Source: Basidiobolus meristosporus CBS 931.73 (lineage: Eukaryota; Fungi; Basidiobolomycota). Taken from it: a stretch of DNA of 64,000 nt. The stretch is taken from positions 166,791 to 230,790 of the forward strand of contig MCFE01000026.1 in NCBI GenBank assembly GCA_002104905.1, written 5' to 3'. Of the stretch, positions 42,296 through 54,936 are shown piece after piece. The notes beneath the pieces are model-generated. The model worked only from the letters and a program-made list of their open reading frames with translations, was not told the origin of the DNA and searched no databases. The stretch's first letter is position 1. Each line of letters starts with the position of its first letter. A program made the translations under genes and the position numbers.

Positions 42296-43661
42296 CTAGC
42301 ATAATCCTCCCTCCTCGATGGACTCGGGTTCGAAGGCTACCTCAACTGGATCTGATGCTGATTGCGTATGGTCAGGTACAGGGGCGGCAACCGCACCGCC
42401 GCCAGGGACTCTCAAATTCCTTGCGATGCGGGCAACCTACAATGGAAATGAGTATTGATCCAGACAAGCCGTCCGCCAAGACCAGTTACCTCGTTGTCTA
42501 AGAAGTTCACAATCCGACTCGAAGTGGCCTCCTGGAGCTTTTCTTGGTCGAAGTTTTGAAAGGCTTCAATGATATCCTGGGCTACGTGTGCCTCATCCCC
42601 AACACCAAAGCCACCTCTGCACGGTAAGGTTTAGCTTTCAAAGAAAGTCGCATATGAAGTGAGATCCCCTTACTGCATGAAGTTCGTGTATTGCTTGTTC
42701 GCCTCCACATCATCTCCCATTCCCAACAGTACGATAATGATGCTCAAATAAATTTTGTCCAGATTTGCGGTGATTCCCAAACTCTTGTTGATATCTGCCG
42801 ATTTCTGCAACATCTCAACGGCTTTTTCGAAGCTTTTGTTCCATTAGTAACTAGTTGCGGGCCGATGCTTAGGTGCTTACTTACCGACGATTCTTGAGGA
42901 GAATGGTGATGGTTTTGCGGAATGTATCGACGCCAAAACGTCCACGATCCTCGGATTCGTACAGATTGCATGAAGCGATGTACAGCTCCATGGATTGCTC
43001 AATATCGATGCTTTCAAGTGCTCTAAAGGGTTGATAATTTACATCAGATGAATCAGCTCTATAGCGGGTGCATCACAAGTCACTCACTTTCCACCTTTCT
43101 CTAGCATCTCGGCTGCGTTATCAGCAGAACCGTGGGCGTTGTACAAGTCGCTTGCCTTACGGTAGTATGCAGCGGCACGCTCCGGCTCTTTCATCTGAAT
43201 ATTCATGCTTGCTGCTGACTCGTACGCCTTGGCTGCCATGAAAAGTCTAGGTTGCTGTATTGAATACCTGCCAAATGTGGAGAGGAAACTGAAACCAACT
43301 CACGAATCGGCTTTGAATTGGGCATCGGCAGCTTTTAAGAAGGCCTCAGCTGCCTTCTCGTATGATCTGGCCGCTTTGAAACAAGAGGCTGGGAATGGGC
43401 CGGAACAAGAGGGCGGACAGGTGAATCTCGGCTGGATAAAGATGGATCCGAAGTCAACATCGCTTACCGGCTTTATCGTAGTATTGGCCCGCTATGTCCC
43501 AATCGGGTTTACGAAACCAACCCTTTGTGGCGCTAGAAGGAGAGTAATACTGTCAATTAAGGACCGTGCCTATATTCACGTTTGAAGCGACCCAAATAAA
43601 CGCACGCTTTATCCCCGGATTTCAAGAACTCCAGGCCTTCATTTATTCTTTGGGTGTCCAT
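42296..43661 (-). CDS. Gamma-SNAP (NAPG-like), multi-exon
   Basis: Spliced: KGWFRKPDWDIAGQYYDKA, CFKAARSYEKAAEAFLKAA, AAKAYESAA, TPR-like helices, LDNEVARIARNL. Ends acidic-GGLC, like the C-terminus of animal gamma-SNAP. Confidence 0.82.
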
Positions 43662-43896
43662 GGGCTAATGACTAACGGCAGGGGTGACTAAGGTAGTAGT
43701 TGTTCCGTTTGGTGAAGATAATGGCTGGTGAAATTCAACAAATCCCCTATTAAGGATATTCAAGTTCCAGTTTCCAACATCGATGACCTCAAAAATGAAT
43801 CACCACTCAAGGCGCTGATCGATCAACATTCACTAAACATACTGCAAACACCACACATTTTCCATATCATTCACCATCAAAATCACCAACACGAAC

Positions 43897-44199
43897 ATGG
43901 ACATGGAGTCGCAGGCATTATCCAAGTTGCGTGAACGAACCCTGCTCTTCTGGTTATCTGTAAGAAAGAGCCAGCCAGAAACGGAGTTTCACCTGTTCGA
44001 GAAGTAAGTTCCCAGTTAAGGTATCCGCGTCGTTCCTAACCCTTACACACCAACTAGAAATACGGCGAACGGTCAGCTTCAAGGTACTGACGCCGAAGAG
44101 CGGTATTTCCACGTCAAAAGCTTGCATACACCTGTGGGAGTATATCCGAATGTGCTGATTAGATCTACTGACGTCGAGTATTTGGAAATCAACCTTTAA
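43897..44199 (+). CDS. Gemin7-like SMN-complex subunit (two exons; missed by the ORF track)
   Basis: MDMESQALSKLRERTLLFWL...FHLFEK/NTANGQLQGTDAEERYFHVKSLHTPVGVYPNVLIRSTDVEY shows the Gemin7 pattern LRER, GTD, L.TP.GV, L.R..D. Intron GTAAGT..CTAAC..TAG. Confidence 0.72.
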
Positions 44200-44333
44200 C
44201 TTTATTACTATTCGGTTGGCCAAGAATTGAATTGGGCTTTCAAGGGCTGTTGCATAGGACAGAAGACAAGCCACAGGATGATCAAAAATAAATAGCTATA
44301 TACATGGAGGGTATCTGCTGAATCCACCACCGC

Positions 44334-47300
44334 TCAGCTCTGTTTTCGCTCATTTCGCAAAATCTGATCAAGTCTCTCTGACTTGGTGTTCTAGAAAAGG
44401 AGGGTTTAGAACATGCAAAGTGGCCTTTGTCTGTGCGTTCGCTCATGCAAATACTTACGTTGGCGTTGATCTGTGCGGTGAGTGCGCTGTTTTCGATCTC
44501 AAGACGTCTCAAGCTACTTCGCTGTTGAGTGACCTCGTTCGTCGCACGGACCAGCTGTCGCTTAAGCTCGTCTTTTGATCTTTCGATGGTGAGATGTAGG
44601 TCTCGCAGAGTCGAAAGCTCTCGTAGTAGGGTGGATTTATCCAGCTGTGAGTCAACAAGTGTCAACCTTAAAGATCAAATGCCTCGCAAACTAGATTCAT
44701 ATATTACCTCTGTGGAACGGAGTTGCTTCTCAGCTGAGGCCAAGGATACCATCAATTCTAAAAATAGATTAGCAAACGATCGTTTATATACTTGCAAAGG
44801 ATGCTCTTTACGTTCAGACTGTCGCTTGTATGCTTGGAGATCTACTTGATGCTGCTTGTAGTCAACAGAATGCTCATCTAACTGCTTTCTTAACGTTTGC
44901 AGCTGGCCATTGCACTCTGACAGCTCCTGTCTACAAACCTTTGGTTGAGCAGGGGGAGAGAATGTAGCTATGACGATCCGAGTTACCTCATTCTCTGGTT
45001 CTCTTCAATTGATTGCTTCAACGCGCGATCCAACTTTTCATGATCAATCGTCAGTCTTCTGTAGGATTCATTGAGTCGATTCTGGTCAATGTTCTGGGAA
45101 TGAATCAGCTCGTCCAATGCCGAATTCTGTTGCTCCTTTTCCTTGAGAGCCGAAGTGAGCCGTGACTTCTCTTTCTCCAGCTGGATGCAGCATTGTTAGC
45201 TTGGTGCATTACTAACAACGCAGTATTCGAGGAGGCGAGCCTACCATAGAGATGCTGTGACTTAATTGCTGGTTCTCCTGCTGAAGATCTGTCAAAGACC
45301 CCGATTGCTCCTGAACAAATGTAGATAAAGGAGTTACACAGTTGTGGAGGGTGCTCCATTGACAGTTGCCGAATTACCTTGTGCGTTTGACGCTCTTTAC
45401 GAAGCTCATCTGAAAGATCATGTACTTTGACTTGTAACGCTTGGATTCTCTCGGTCGTCTTACGTTCCGTGGAAGCATGCGAATCCTTGGCCTTAGCCAG
45501 TGATTCTTCCAAGGTCCGGATTTGATCTTTAAATAAAAAGCGACTGGTATCAACATCCATTGTATAGTTGCTCGGCCGCCACCTTAGCATCACGGTAGAG
45601 TACCTTCAAGCCTCCTACTTTCATGATGATTGACTTCATTCTATACATCATATTGGTTAGAAGAAACTCCACGACACAAGGCACCATGCAGTGAATTACT
45701 CGTTTCATTTCTGCACTGAGATGCTCAATTTGCAAACTCTTGTCTCGAATAGATTCTTCGAGTTGCTTTATCTGGGCTGCAAATGATGTGTTTTCTTGTT
45801 TGACGCGCTCCAACTCCTTAATTTGATCATTCAGATGGTTCGTGTCGTGATGGCTTCTGTAGTCATTCAAATCATCCTGTCGACTATAGCTTGACGAACC
45901 ATAGCTGCTTAACGAAGAGTTGGAGCCATTGTCATCGGAGCCAACTCGGACTTGTTTCTGCCAACAGTTAGTATCTTACTACTGGCGAGACGCCCAAAAT
46001 CGTCGCTACCTTGATTCTTTTCCGCACAGTACGTAGTTCCTTTGATGTCTGGTGGAGGGGGTTGTGAGCATAGCATCGCACAGTTTAAGAGCGGGAGGAG
46101 CATACTTGTTCATACAGCGCTTTGAGATTTTCTTTTTCAGTCATCAAGGTGTTCATATGGTCCTGGATACTCTTTAGTTGCTCCTCGAATTGCTTCATCG
46201 CAGAGATCAGGTCGGTGCGCTCCCTATTATTCGGAAATGATGAGCGCCATTTTCTAATTCGCAGGAATGGAAAAGCACGTACTTTTGAGTGCGTGATAAC
46301 TCTTTCGACGTGACTTCCGAGTTGGTCGTTAACTAGCAAAACGGTGCATTAGTGGCTAGTAATTGATGATTGGCGTCCATCTGAGTATTACTTGGTTGTT
46401 TTCCTGCTCCAAGGCTTTGATCCGAGTCATGAGCTCTTCTTCCTTGGGGTTTTCTTCGTTTTGCTGGCGTGACGTTTTCTCGGCACTGGCCTTTCGGGAT
46501 CCAAGTTCATCAGTGGCAAGTATCAAGACAGTCATGGTTTAACTTACTTTTTTGTGGAGTGCTCGCAAGTCCTTTTCTAATGCCATCTTTCTTACTTCTA
46601 AATTGTGCACCTTCAGGGTGAGATCTCGGATTTGCTGTGGATATCGTTGGCCGTTAGTGATACGATTAGGGTGGGAGATGGCATGATGTCACCTTTTCTA
46701 AACCTTTCTGTTGGGCTTCAAGTCGGCTTAATGGTTTAATGGGCTCCTTCTTATTTTCCGAAGGCTTTCCTAGGCTAAGAAGGTCATTCTGCAGGTGTTC
46801 TACTTCTTTTTTGGCTTCGGCTAGCTGAGCATGAAGGTCCTGTTGAACAGTCTCTGATTCTATATGATGCGAAGGGATGTTAAGGTGGATTTTGCATTGC
46901 TATTGATGCACCAAGGGCACATACCATTAAGTTTGGATTCCATATTCATCAGTGACTCTGTTGCTCTAAGAATGGTCTTCTCGATAACATCAAGACCTGA
47001 TTGTACGGAGGCGGAAGCATCCTGCAACCAGTAATTGGTAAATCAGTGTGCCATCTGGCTCGACCCAGCATACAACCTACATCTAGCCAATATTTTTAGA
47101 GAATTACAGCAAGTTGCAAGATGCGAACTGGTACTCCACTAACCTTTTCCTTCTTGGCCAGTTCCAAGTTGGTCTAGAAGATTCTCCAGCTTAACTAAGC
47201 TCTGCGATAGCATTCCCCGACCCTTTTTGAGATCATCGAGCCGGCTATTCTCATTGGTCTTTCCGTTCTTCTCTTGCATTAAATCCTGAGAAGCAAGTCA

Positions 47301-48363
47301 GTCCCTTTTCTAACTGGTGGCTTGTTCTGGTCTTTCTTACATGCTCCAACTCCATAATGTGTTCTTGAAGGCACTCGATCTGAAGCTCGAGTTGCGTTGT
47401 TTTCTCATCTTTCAATGCAGTGGAATTTCCATTATCCGATGTCAAGAATGATGCATCGGCCTTTTCCTTCTCCAAAGTGTTTCCAAGTCTTGTGATCTCT
47501 TGCTCGCGTACTTCGATCTGATTCCTTAGCACTGAAATAGTGTCCTGTAGCTCCCGGTTGTTTGATTGTATCCGAGATTTCTCTTGAATAAGTTGCTGTA
47601 TCCGTCTTTCGCTGAGTTGCATCAAATCTACCACATGTGGATCAACAGGGGCTGGCAATGGCGCCTTGAATTCGGAGGATTCTTTGTAGATCAAATCAGT
47701 CAGGCTATTCAGTAGGAAAAGAGAAGAGAGGCACTGTGTACCTATCTCAGACGTCAAAGCTATTCGCGCTGGATACATCGTCATGCCGGCTGATTTTTTC
47801 CCTAAACGCCGGGTTAGCGAATATCCATGCATCCCGCAAAGTGTAAACTGACCTAAAACTTTGTTGCGGATCAAGAAGTCTTCCAGCTTCTTCTGTTCAG
47901 CACGAGTCTTCTCACGCTCCTCCTGTAACTTCAGGTTGTATTGCGAGGTCATAAACCGAATGTTTTCCAATTCCACCTCGTGGTCTTTTTTCATACGATA
48001 TATTTCTCGTTGCATTTCCTCCCCCTTGTCGGCTCGATGCACTAGGTCACTATGAAGCTGGTTGTTTTCAGCAGTCAGTCTGGAAATCTCGTTTCGTAAA
48101 TTCCGAATCTAAGTTCATGGCTCACAGTTAAACATCGAGAGGACGAGTTATTTACGATACGCGGTAGCCTATACCTGGATTTCGCTTGTCTGAGTATCAA
48201 CTTCGGTTAACTGCTCTTGTAGAAGTTGGCAAGTCTCGGTGATGTGTGACAAATCCGCTAGAAGGTGTTGCACTAAGCTAGTACTATCCTGATTCAACCT
48301 CTCCTCATAACCTAGATTTCTCAGCTTTTCCACCAGCTCCTCATAGTCTTCATCCTTTACCAT
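44334..48363 (-). CDS. CEP135/Bld10-like centriolar coiled-coil protein (many exons)
   Basis: N-terminus YEELVEKLRNLGYEERLNQDSTSLVQHLLADLSHITET matches the CEP135 start (LDQLGY...LVEKLFSDLVHTTE, as recalled), followed by coiled coil throughout. Confidence 0.72.
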
Positions 48364-48620
48364 CTTTACTACAGGGTCGACCTGTATTTCAAAGCGCTTA
48401 GAACTGTAAAGGTTATCGATATCCTGTGTTTACTTGTTCAATCTTTCGAATGTTCATTGGATTTGAGGATTATTTTGATTTTATCGGCTTAATAGCAATT
48501 GCTAATTTTAGGGTGCCATATGTGTTCCTCAAGCGAAACATATCTAATTCTTAGATTCAATTTTAACTAAATATATGCCAACTTACGTTAATCCAAAGTT
48601 GGAGGAATACACAGCCCACG

Positions 48621-50621
48621 ATGCTTACAAACAAGCGCCTGTTCCTAGGTCTGTGGACCTTTAGATTGGTGAATGCTCTGTCAATTCAAACCTTTTTCGT
48701 GCCCGATGAATATTGGCAAACACTCGAAGTTGCTCATCACTGGGTGTTTGGATATCCTTTTGAATTCGTGTTTTTATCGTTTCGGCTTCGTGTACTTGAT
48801 CATCCTTAACATCAACTATACCTATGGTTACTTGACCTGGGAGTGGAAAGAAAAGATCCGAAGTTTCACTCATCCACTCATTTTCGCTCTCTCTTACGAG
48901 GCACTGAAGTTGTGGGGTTTGGACAATGCCAAGTGGCTTGTAAGTAAAGAATATTCGCTCCGGCCCTTCACAAGATAGCAGCCATAACCTTTGCCCGCAG
49001 GTTCTAGTTCCCTACATCATTCAATCGTTTTTCGCCGCATTATTGGATCTTTTCACATACAAAACAGCAAGTCGGATTTTTGGCCCGACTACAGGAAGAT
49101 ACACTGTATCCCTTTTGTTTTGAACCGACAATACCTCCCTCCAGCAGACCGCCATAAGTCTCCTTAACCTGAATCATAGCTATTTTGTTCAGTGATTTCG
49201 TGGTTCAATTTTTTCTGCTCGACCCGGCTACTTGCCAATTCCTTAGAAACCTCCCTGACTGCCATGGCGTTGTACTACTGGCCATCGCATAGCCGTACTC
49301 CAACAAACCAGACCGAGGAGTGGTTAGGGTGAGAGGATTACGATAATTTGCTCTGTATGTCTGAAGAGAGAACTAAATGCTCTCGTATAGTCAGCTCTCG
49401 AAGGCACTCACACTGGCGGCTCTTTCATGCGTTCTTCGCCCTACCACGGCGGTTATATGGATATTCCTTGGAGCGATACTGGTAGTAAAGAGGATCACCT
49501 ACCTGATACCAATTCTAAGCCGAGTCATTACCATCGGGTATGGTACACGCAAAACATGATAATTTACATTCACCTAATCCCTAATCCCTAATCCCTAATC
49601 CCTAATACTACATTAGGCTACTTGCGGTTGCTGGCATGGTATTGATTGACTATGGATTTTACGGGGAATGGGTATTTGTGCCATATCAATTCTATCATTT
49701 CAATGTCACGCAGAACATTAGCCTATTTTATGGCGGACACCCATGGCATTGGTATTTGTCACAAGGACTACCAATCATAACCACCACCTTCATTCCCTTC
49801 TGGATATACGGTGTGGTGAAGTCGAAGCACCGCGAGCTGTTTTATGCTGCGATCTGGGTGTTGGTTGGATATAGCTTGCTCGCCCATAAGGAGTTTCGCT
49901 TCATTTACATCATCTTGCCAATTCTATTGATGTACGCTGGCCATGGGCTTGCCTATGTGGTTAATGGCAAGTGGAGAAAGTATAAGACCTACGTAATCGT
50001 GTTCCTGGCTGCCACCAATATACCAATGGCCATATACATGACTCAGGTCCATCAACGTGGAGTGGTCGATGTAATGGATTACCTCACGCAAGAGGCGTAT
50101 CGCAACGAAGCAAACGGCCTACCATTGCTCAAGGAGATTGGGTTTTTGATGCCCTGTCACTCTACCCCTTACTATAGCCATCTACACAAAAATGTCGATA
50201 TGTGGTTCATTACCTGCGAGCCTCCTCTCCAGTAAGTGAATCGGAAAATACACTGCTTCATTGGCATGCACTAATACGAGCCATGTAGTGGCGTCAACAT
50301 GGACAAGTACAAAGATGAAAGCGACCTGTTCTACGAGGATCCAGCTGGATTCCTAGATACCAACTTTGAGCCCCACGGGCCAAGAAAATGGCCGACCCAT
50401 CTGGTCTTTTTTGAAGCACTGAGAAGATCGATTCACCCCAAACTTGAATCTCTTGGCTACCAAGAGGTAATATATTCCAGCCTAACCTCATACACCAATC
50501 ACATTACATCACCTTCGCCCAAATCACTAACCGAGCAAATGATTAGTGTGCCCGCATATTCAATTCACACTTCCACGATGATTCGCGCAGAACTGGAGCG
50601 GTTCTAGTCTACTGCAAATGA
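48621..50621 (+). CDS. GPI10: GPI mannosyltransferase 3 (PIG-B/Gpi10), multi-exon
   Basis: FRLVNALSIQTFFVPDEYWQTLEVAH, GYLTWEW...IRS, HPWHWYLSQG, AHKEFRFI, FLMPCHSTPYYSH, CEPP, FNSHFHDD. Confidence 0.93.
49573..49607. repeat. Telomere-like heptamer microsatellite (CCTAATC)x5 in a PIG-B intron
   Basis: cctaatc cctaatc cctaatc cctaatc cctaata, ending 9 nt before the acceptor AG. Confidence 0.9.
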
Positions 50622-50702
50622 ATTCCCGTTCCGAAGCCTATAGACATTCCGAGCTTGTCGGTATTTATTCCAATTCAGCATTTAACTTAGTCTAGCGTGC
50701 CA

Positions 50703-51146
50703 TCATCGATCCAAGAGCGCATATTGGCTATCCGGGTTGAACTCTTCCTGAGACCTAATAACCTTATACTGCGGACTGATGAAGGAGAGCAGTGTATTCA
50801 TTGTGTCATATGTTCTTCCTACTAAACTCGGGACCCCAGCAAAATCCACCCCCTCTTGATCGTCCAGTACTTCAGGCATCACTACATCAACAATCTATTC
50901 GGCAGTGTCAATTAGTCTTGTTATACACTGAGCCCAGACCTCACTTACCTTTAGACCTACATAATTGATCTCAATCGTTAGTTTGATCCCCTCCAAGGTA
51001 CGCAATGTGATCCTTGATACTCGAGTAATTGATGTTGGGTTTAGGTACCCGTTAAGCTGTAGTATCTCCAAGCTCTCTAGGTCTATAAGGTCCTGAATCT
51101 GTCTCAGTATCACTAGTATTCGATCATTGTGACTTCCGACTCTCAT
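50703..51146 (-). CDS. GSKIP/DUF727-like protein (129 aa, two exons)
   Basis: Exon 51146-50949, intron GTAAGT..CTAAT..TAG, exon 50894-50703, both in phase. RITLRTLEGIKLTIEINYVGLKIV and TYDTMNTLLSFISPQY resemble GSKIP motifs. Confidence 0.65.
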
Positions 51147-51644
51147 TGTGTAGTGGGCGATGGTGGGCGATGGTAGTGGTGGGGATTTTGGCTATGTGCT
51201 TGACCTTTTTATTGACTCTGGCATCGAGGCTTTAGGGCGTAATTTAAACCTTGGCTATGAGATCACTGACCACTTTCCATTGGGCTGGGAGTAGAGGGCT
51301 GATTTGGTAGGGAAGGGGAATGGTCATTTGACTCCGAAGTTGTTGACCCAAGCTTAGGATATGTAGTCATACAGTATACACGGGTGTGTTTTTATCCGGG
51401 AGATTGTGCACCTTGTAAACTATATATAAGGCAACCCTAACCCTAAACCCTGCTGATCAATTCTTGATGGGTAGAGTGGCAACAGATTATCGATGGAATT
51501 ACTAATGGTCACTATGTACTGCTTTGAATTATTATATATTACATATACCAATATAGGCTGAACACTCCAGATGCCTCCTAGTTTCCTTAAATGAAACGAG
51601 CACAAATATATAGCTTGTGCTTGGAACACCTTCACTTTCACACT

Positions 51645-52754
51645 ATGTATCGACTCTTTTCTAAGCCGGAAGTCCCTTTTCATCGGAACCCCAACCTTCC
51701 TGTATATTTTAGACGGATGTTGGGTTCTTACCGAGGCATTTTTCCAAAGATTCCCTCTATAAAAGTGCTCGTGTGGTCGTTTATTGCCTCGTTTGCTGGA
51801 ATCAGTCTGGTGGCTGCTCTCTCCTACAACGTAGACTACTTTGTCACCAACCACCTGCCTACAATTATCGGCTCCTTTGTAAGTATTGGTAAATCCATTT
51901 TAACCGGGTCTCCAGCATGTACTCAAAGTTTGTAAACAGGGCGCCTCTGCTGTTCTTATCTACGGTGCGGTTGACTCACCTTTAGCGCAGCCAAGAAATT
52001 TCAGTAAGTGATATGCAGACTAGAGAGTTATCAAGGGTTGCCGAAGACTGACATCACCCTTCTCCCGCCTGATATAGTGGGTGGCCATATAATATCAGCT
52101 TTTGTGGGCGTATCCATAGGGAAGATATGCATCGCAACATTCAATCATCCTGAGGACTTTTTGTGGTTGCAGGGGGCTCTGGCCGTATCGATATCTATTG
52201 TACTTATGCAAATCACTCGAACTGTCCATCCTCCTGGAGGTGCGACCGCTCTTATTGCTGTGACCAGTGGGCAGCATATACTCGACCTTGGATATTTATA
52301 CATGGCCATACCAGTATTATTTGGAACGGCCTTGATGCTCGTTGTAGCGTTGGTTATCAATAATATTCAGAGACAATACCCGATGTACTGGCGTTATCCA
52401 CGCAAACCGGATATCATCATGAGAGGCGACGAGGACACCGAGAGTAACGAAAGCCCGGGAGAAATGTACGAGCCAAAGAGCATGAAAGCCTCGAACAGCG
52501 AAAAGGTACAGGATTATGACCCATCAAAACCCGTACTCAAGGAAGCGACAACGCCCACAACTCACTCAACCTATCCAAGAAACACTAGTTTTACAGTGCA
52601 TATAGATGCCCCTAATATGGATGAGGCCCGTTCTTTGAACCATAGTCAAGAAGTAGCAGAGATGTATCGCCGAAAGTACGAGGAAGCTCAAACCTATCTC
52701 AGAAAACTGGAACAAGAACTAGAGCTACTACGCAGCAATCAGGCGCGAGAGTAA
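51645..52754 (+). CDS. HPP-family integral membrane protein
   Basis: IIGSF/GASAVLIYGAVDSPLAQPRN, GGHIISAFVGV, signature TVHPPGGATALIAV. Two introns. Confidence 0.92.
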
Positions 52755-52906
52755 CTGACTGGGTTCAAAGAGCATGTATTTAGTCATATTCCAATGTATA
52801 TTTATGCATCAACCATCGCAGTGCTGTTCAACAGCCCTGTTTAGAGATAAACATAACGTGCAGTCTATTTACGTTAGCTAGTATAAATCCATTTATTTAG
52901 CATCAG

Positions 52907-53747
52907 TTACATACGGTGCTTTGTCTTAACCTCGAAGAAATGCTTCAAGTATAGAATTTGAAAGATGCACACTGCGACCAATAAAGAAGCTTGAAGAATC
53001 GACCACCATTTGACGCGACTGTTTGTACTTTCGGATGCTAAAGTGCAGTCCAATATTAGAGATGCGAGCAAACCATTTCAAATAAGCTACATACTATCGC
53101 GATGTTTGATCTCACGGCTTCGCATGTACGACTGCTGGTCTTTGATATAGTTCACTCCCTCAATAAGATTATTTAGCTCCTTTTCCAAGGGCGCCAACGC
53201 TGAGCGAATAACAGCAGAGTATGGAATACCAAAATCTTGTCAGTTAATAACACTCAGTTCTTCTGCCCTATGGCCAACAATATCTTCTCTCTGAAGTACA
53301 TACCTCCTTCAGTTGGTACATCATCATCTCCCATCAATTTTTCCAACTTCTCGATGTCGTGCACATTCCACATGACTCTTTTCGTTGACAAGTACACGTC
53401 CTGATTCGTAAAGCAGTATTCGTATCGTCCAGCAGTTGTGATCTCGACGCCATATTCACCTTCTTCCCTCTTGTCCGCTTGGTAAATCACATTTGTTTGT
53501 GGATCGCTCACCTTGAAATAGGTTGAAAGATTAGCCCGGATCTCTATAGGAATGGTTGAAATCTCAGTACTCTGAAATCGATTGTCTTGTCTGGTCCAAC
53601 AACTTCATAAGACACGGCCAACTTATCCCCCACTTTCAACTCTTCATAAAAGCATTCGGTACTCCGAGTATCAAGTGAAATCGTAAGGCAGCTAACCACC
53701 TCGAGAAGTATACTCAAACAGAAAAGTGCCTTTAGTTTTGCCCTCAT
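52907..53747 (-). CDS. p24/emp24/gp25L (TMED) cargo receptor
   Basis: Signal peptide, GOLD domain ([16 protein letters not shown]), coiled coil, [13 protein letters not shown] segment, tail LKHFFEVK. Confidence 0.9.
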
Positions 53748-53976
53748 TAAAGTTGTGGGTTGTCTGTGTAGGCAAGAATTCATATTTCAATTATGTTTAA
53801 CGGATGCTCAACCATGCATAACAATTCGCCTTAGCAATAACATTGATCTTACCTGGTTTTCGTGGCTGAATCAACATTAACCCTAGCCCTAACCTTACCG
53901 TAGCCATATTGCCATGTCCGCAGTAATATTTTTAATATAAAATGACCAAGAAGCTCAAAATCGTGGATACCTAAAA

Positions 53977-54936
53977 ATGCCTCTATTCAACACCATCCCT
54001 GTTGACATTGAACAGGTACGTCGGCTGGTTCTAGAACATTGGGGTGCTGAGTTAGGTGAATGCATCAAATCCTCTCAGAACCACACTTACCAGGCGAATA
54101 AAGGGGCGGACCGCTTCATCGTACGAGTTACTCCTGACCCAGACAGTAGTAGATTCGAAAGCATTGAGTTGGAATTAGCTTTGCTAAAATACCTACATGA
54201 TAACGAACTTCCAGTATGCCAAGCAATCCCGAGTCTGGTCACTTCCACTGCTGCTGTACGCAGTGGCACCCTTATTCTCAGTCTCTTTAACTTTGCGACC
54301 GGTGAACCGGTGAACTACACCGACTGGACTTGGATGACCAACAAAGAAATTGTAGTCGGGCTCGGTCGTTGGTTTGCTCTCCAGCACAAACTCACCCGCC
54401 AGTTCGCCCACGAGAGACCAGAGCTTGCATCCCACGTCCGCCACTGGAAAACTCTTCATGATGGAGTCTTGTCTGATGTGGAAGTTGACGAACAGGATAG
54501 CAAAACTGCTTCGGACCCAAAGCACTTTGGAATTATTCACGGCGATGTGAATCCAAGTAACTACTATTGGGATGCAACGATTGGAATGCCATGTATGTTT
54601 GACTGGGATCAAGTACAGCTCTCATGGTTTCTCTATGACTTGTCTGCTCCTATCTGGGGTGTTGTGACTTTGGAATTAGCCGGCTCTCCAATCGATCACT
54701 CTGCTGTTCCGCAGGCCAACTCCGAGCAGTATACGAATTGGCTTCTTGAGGGTTATGAGGCGACTGGCGGAAACACAGTAGATCGTGAAGCGCTTCGCCG
54801 AATGGTGGCAATCCGCCGAGAGCTCTACAGGCTGTTTTGCAAACGAGCCTTGTTAGAGCTACCTGCTGAACACCCAATGGCACAGTTTTGTAAGTTTATG
54901 ACGGACTTCTTTGACAAACTAGATACCAGTCAATAG
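53977..54936 (+). CDS. Aminoglycoside phosphotransferase / type II homoserine kinase-like protein (intronless)
   Basis: SSQNHTY loop, FIVRVT, ELALLKYLH, Brenner motif HGDVNPSN, metal-binding FDWD, YDLSA. Confidence 0.85.
   Translation: MPLFNTIPVDIEQVRRLVLEHWGAELGECIKSSQNHTYQANKGADRFIVRVTPDPDSSRFESIELELALLKYLHDNELPVCQAIPSLVTSTAAVRSGTLILSLFNFATGEPVNYTDWTWMTNKEIVVGLGRWFALQHKLTRQFAHERPELASHVRHWKTLHDGVLSDVEVDEQDSKTASDPKHFGIIHGDVNPSNYYWDATIGMPCMFDWDQVQLSWFLYDLSAPIWGVVTLELAGSPIDHSAVPQANSEQYTNWLLEGYEATGGNTVDREALRRMVAIRRELYRLFCKRALLELPAEHPMAQFCKFMTDFFDKLDTSQ

Noticed and set aside
43954-44274. 106-aa minus-strand ORF, and 43728-43934 plus-strand ORF
   Set aside because: Antisense to, or in a different frame over the start of, the Gemin7-like gene; no independent support.
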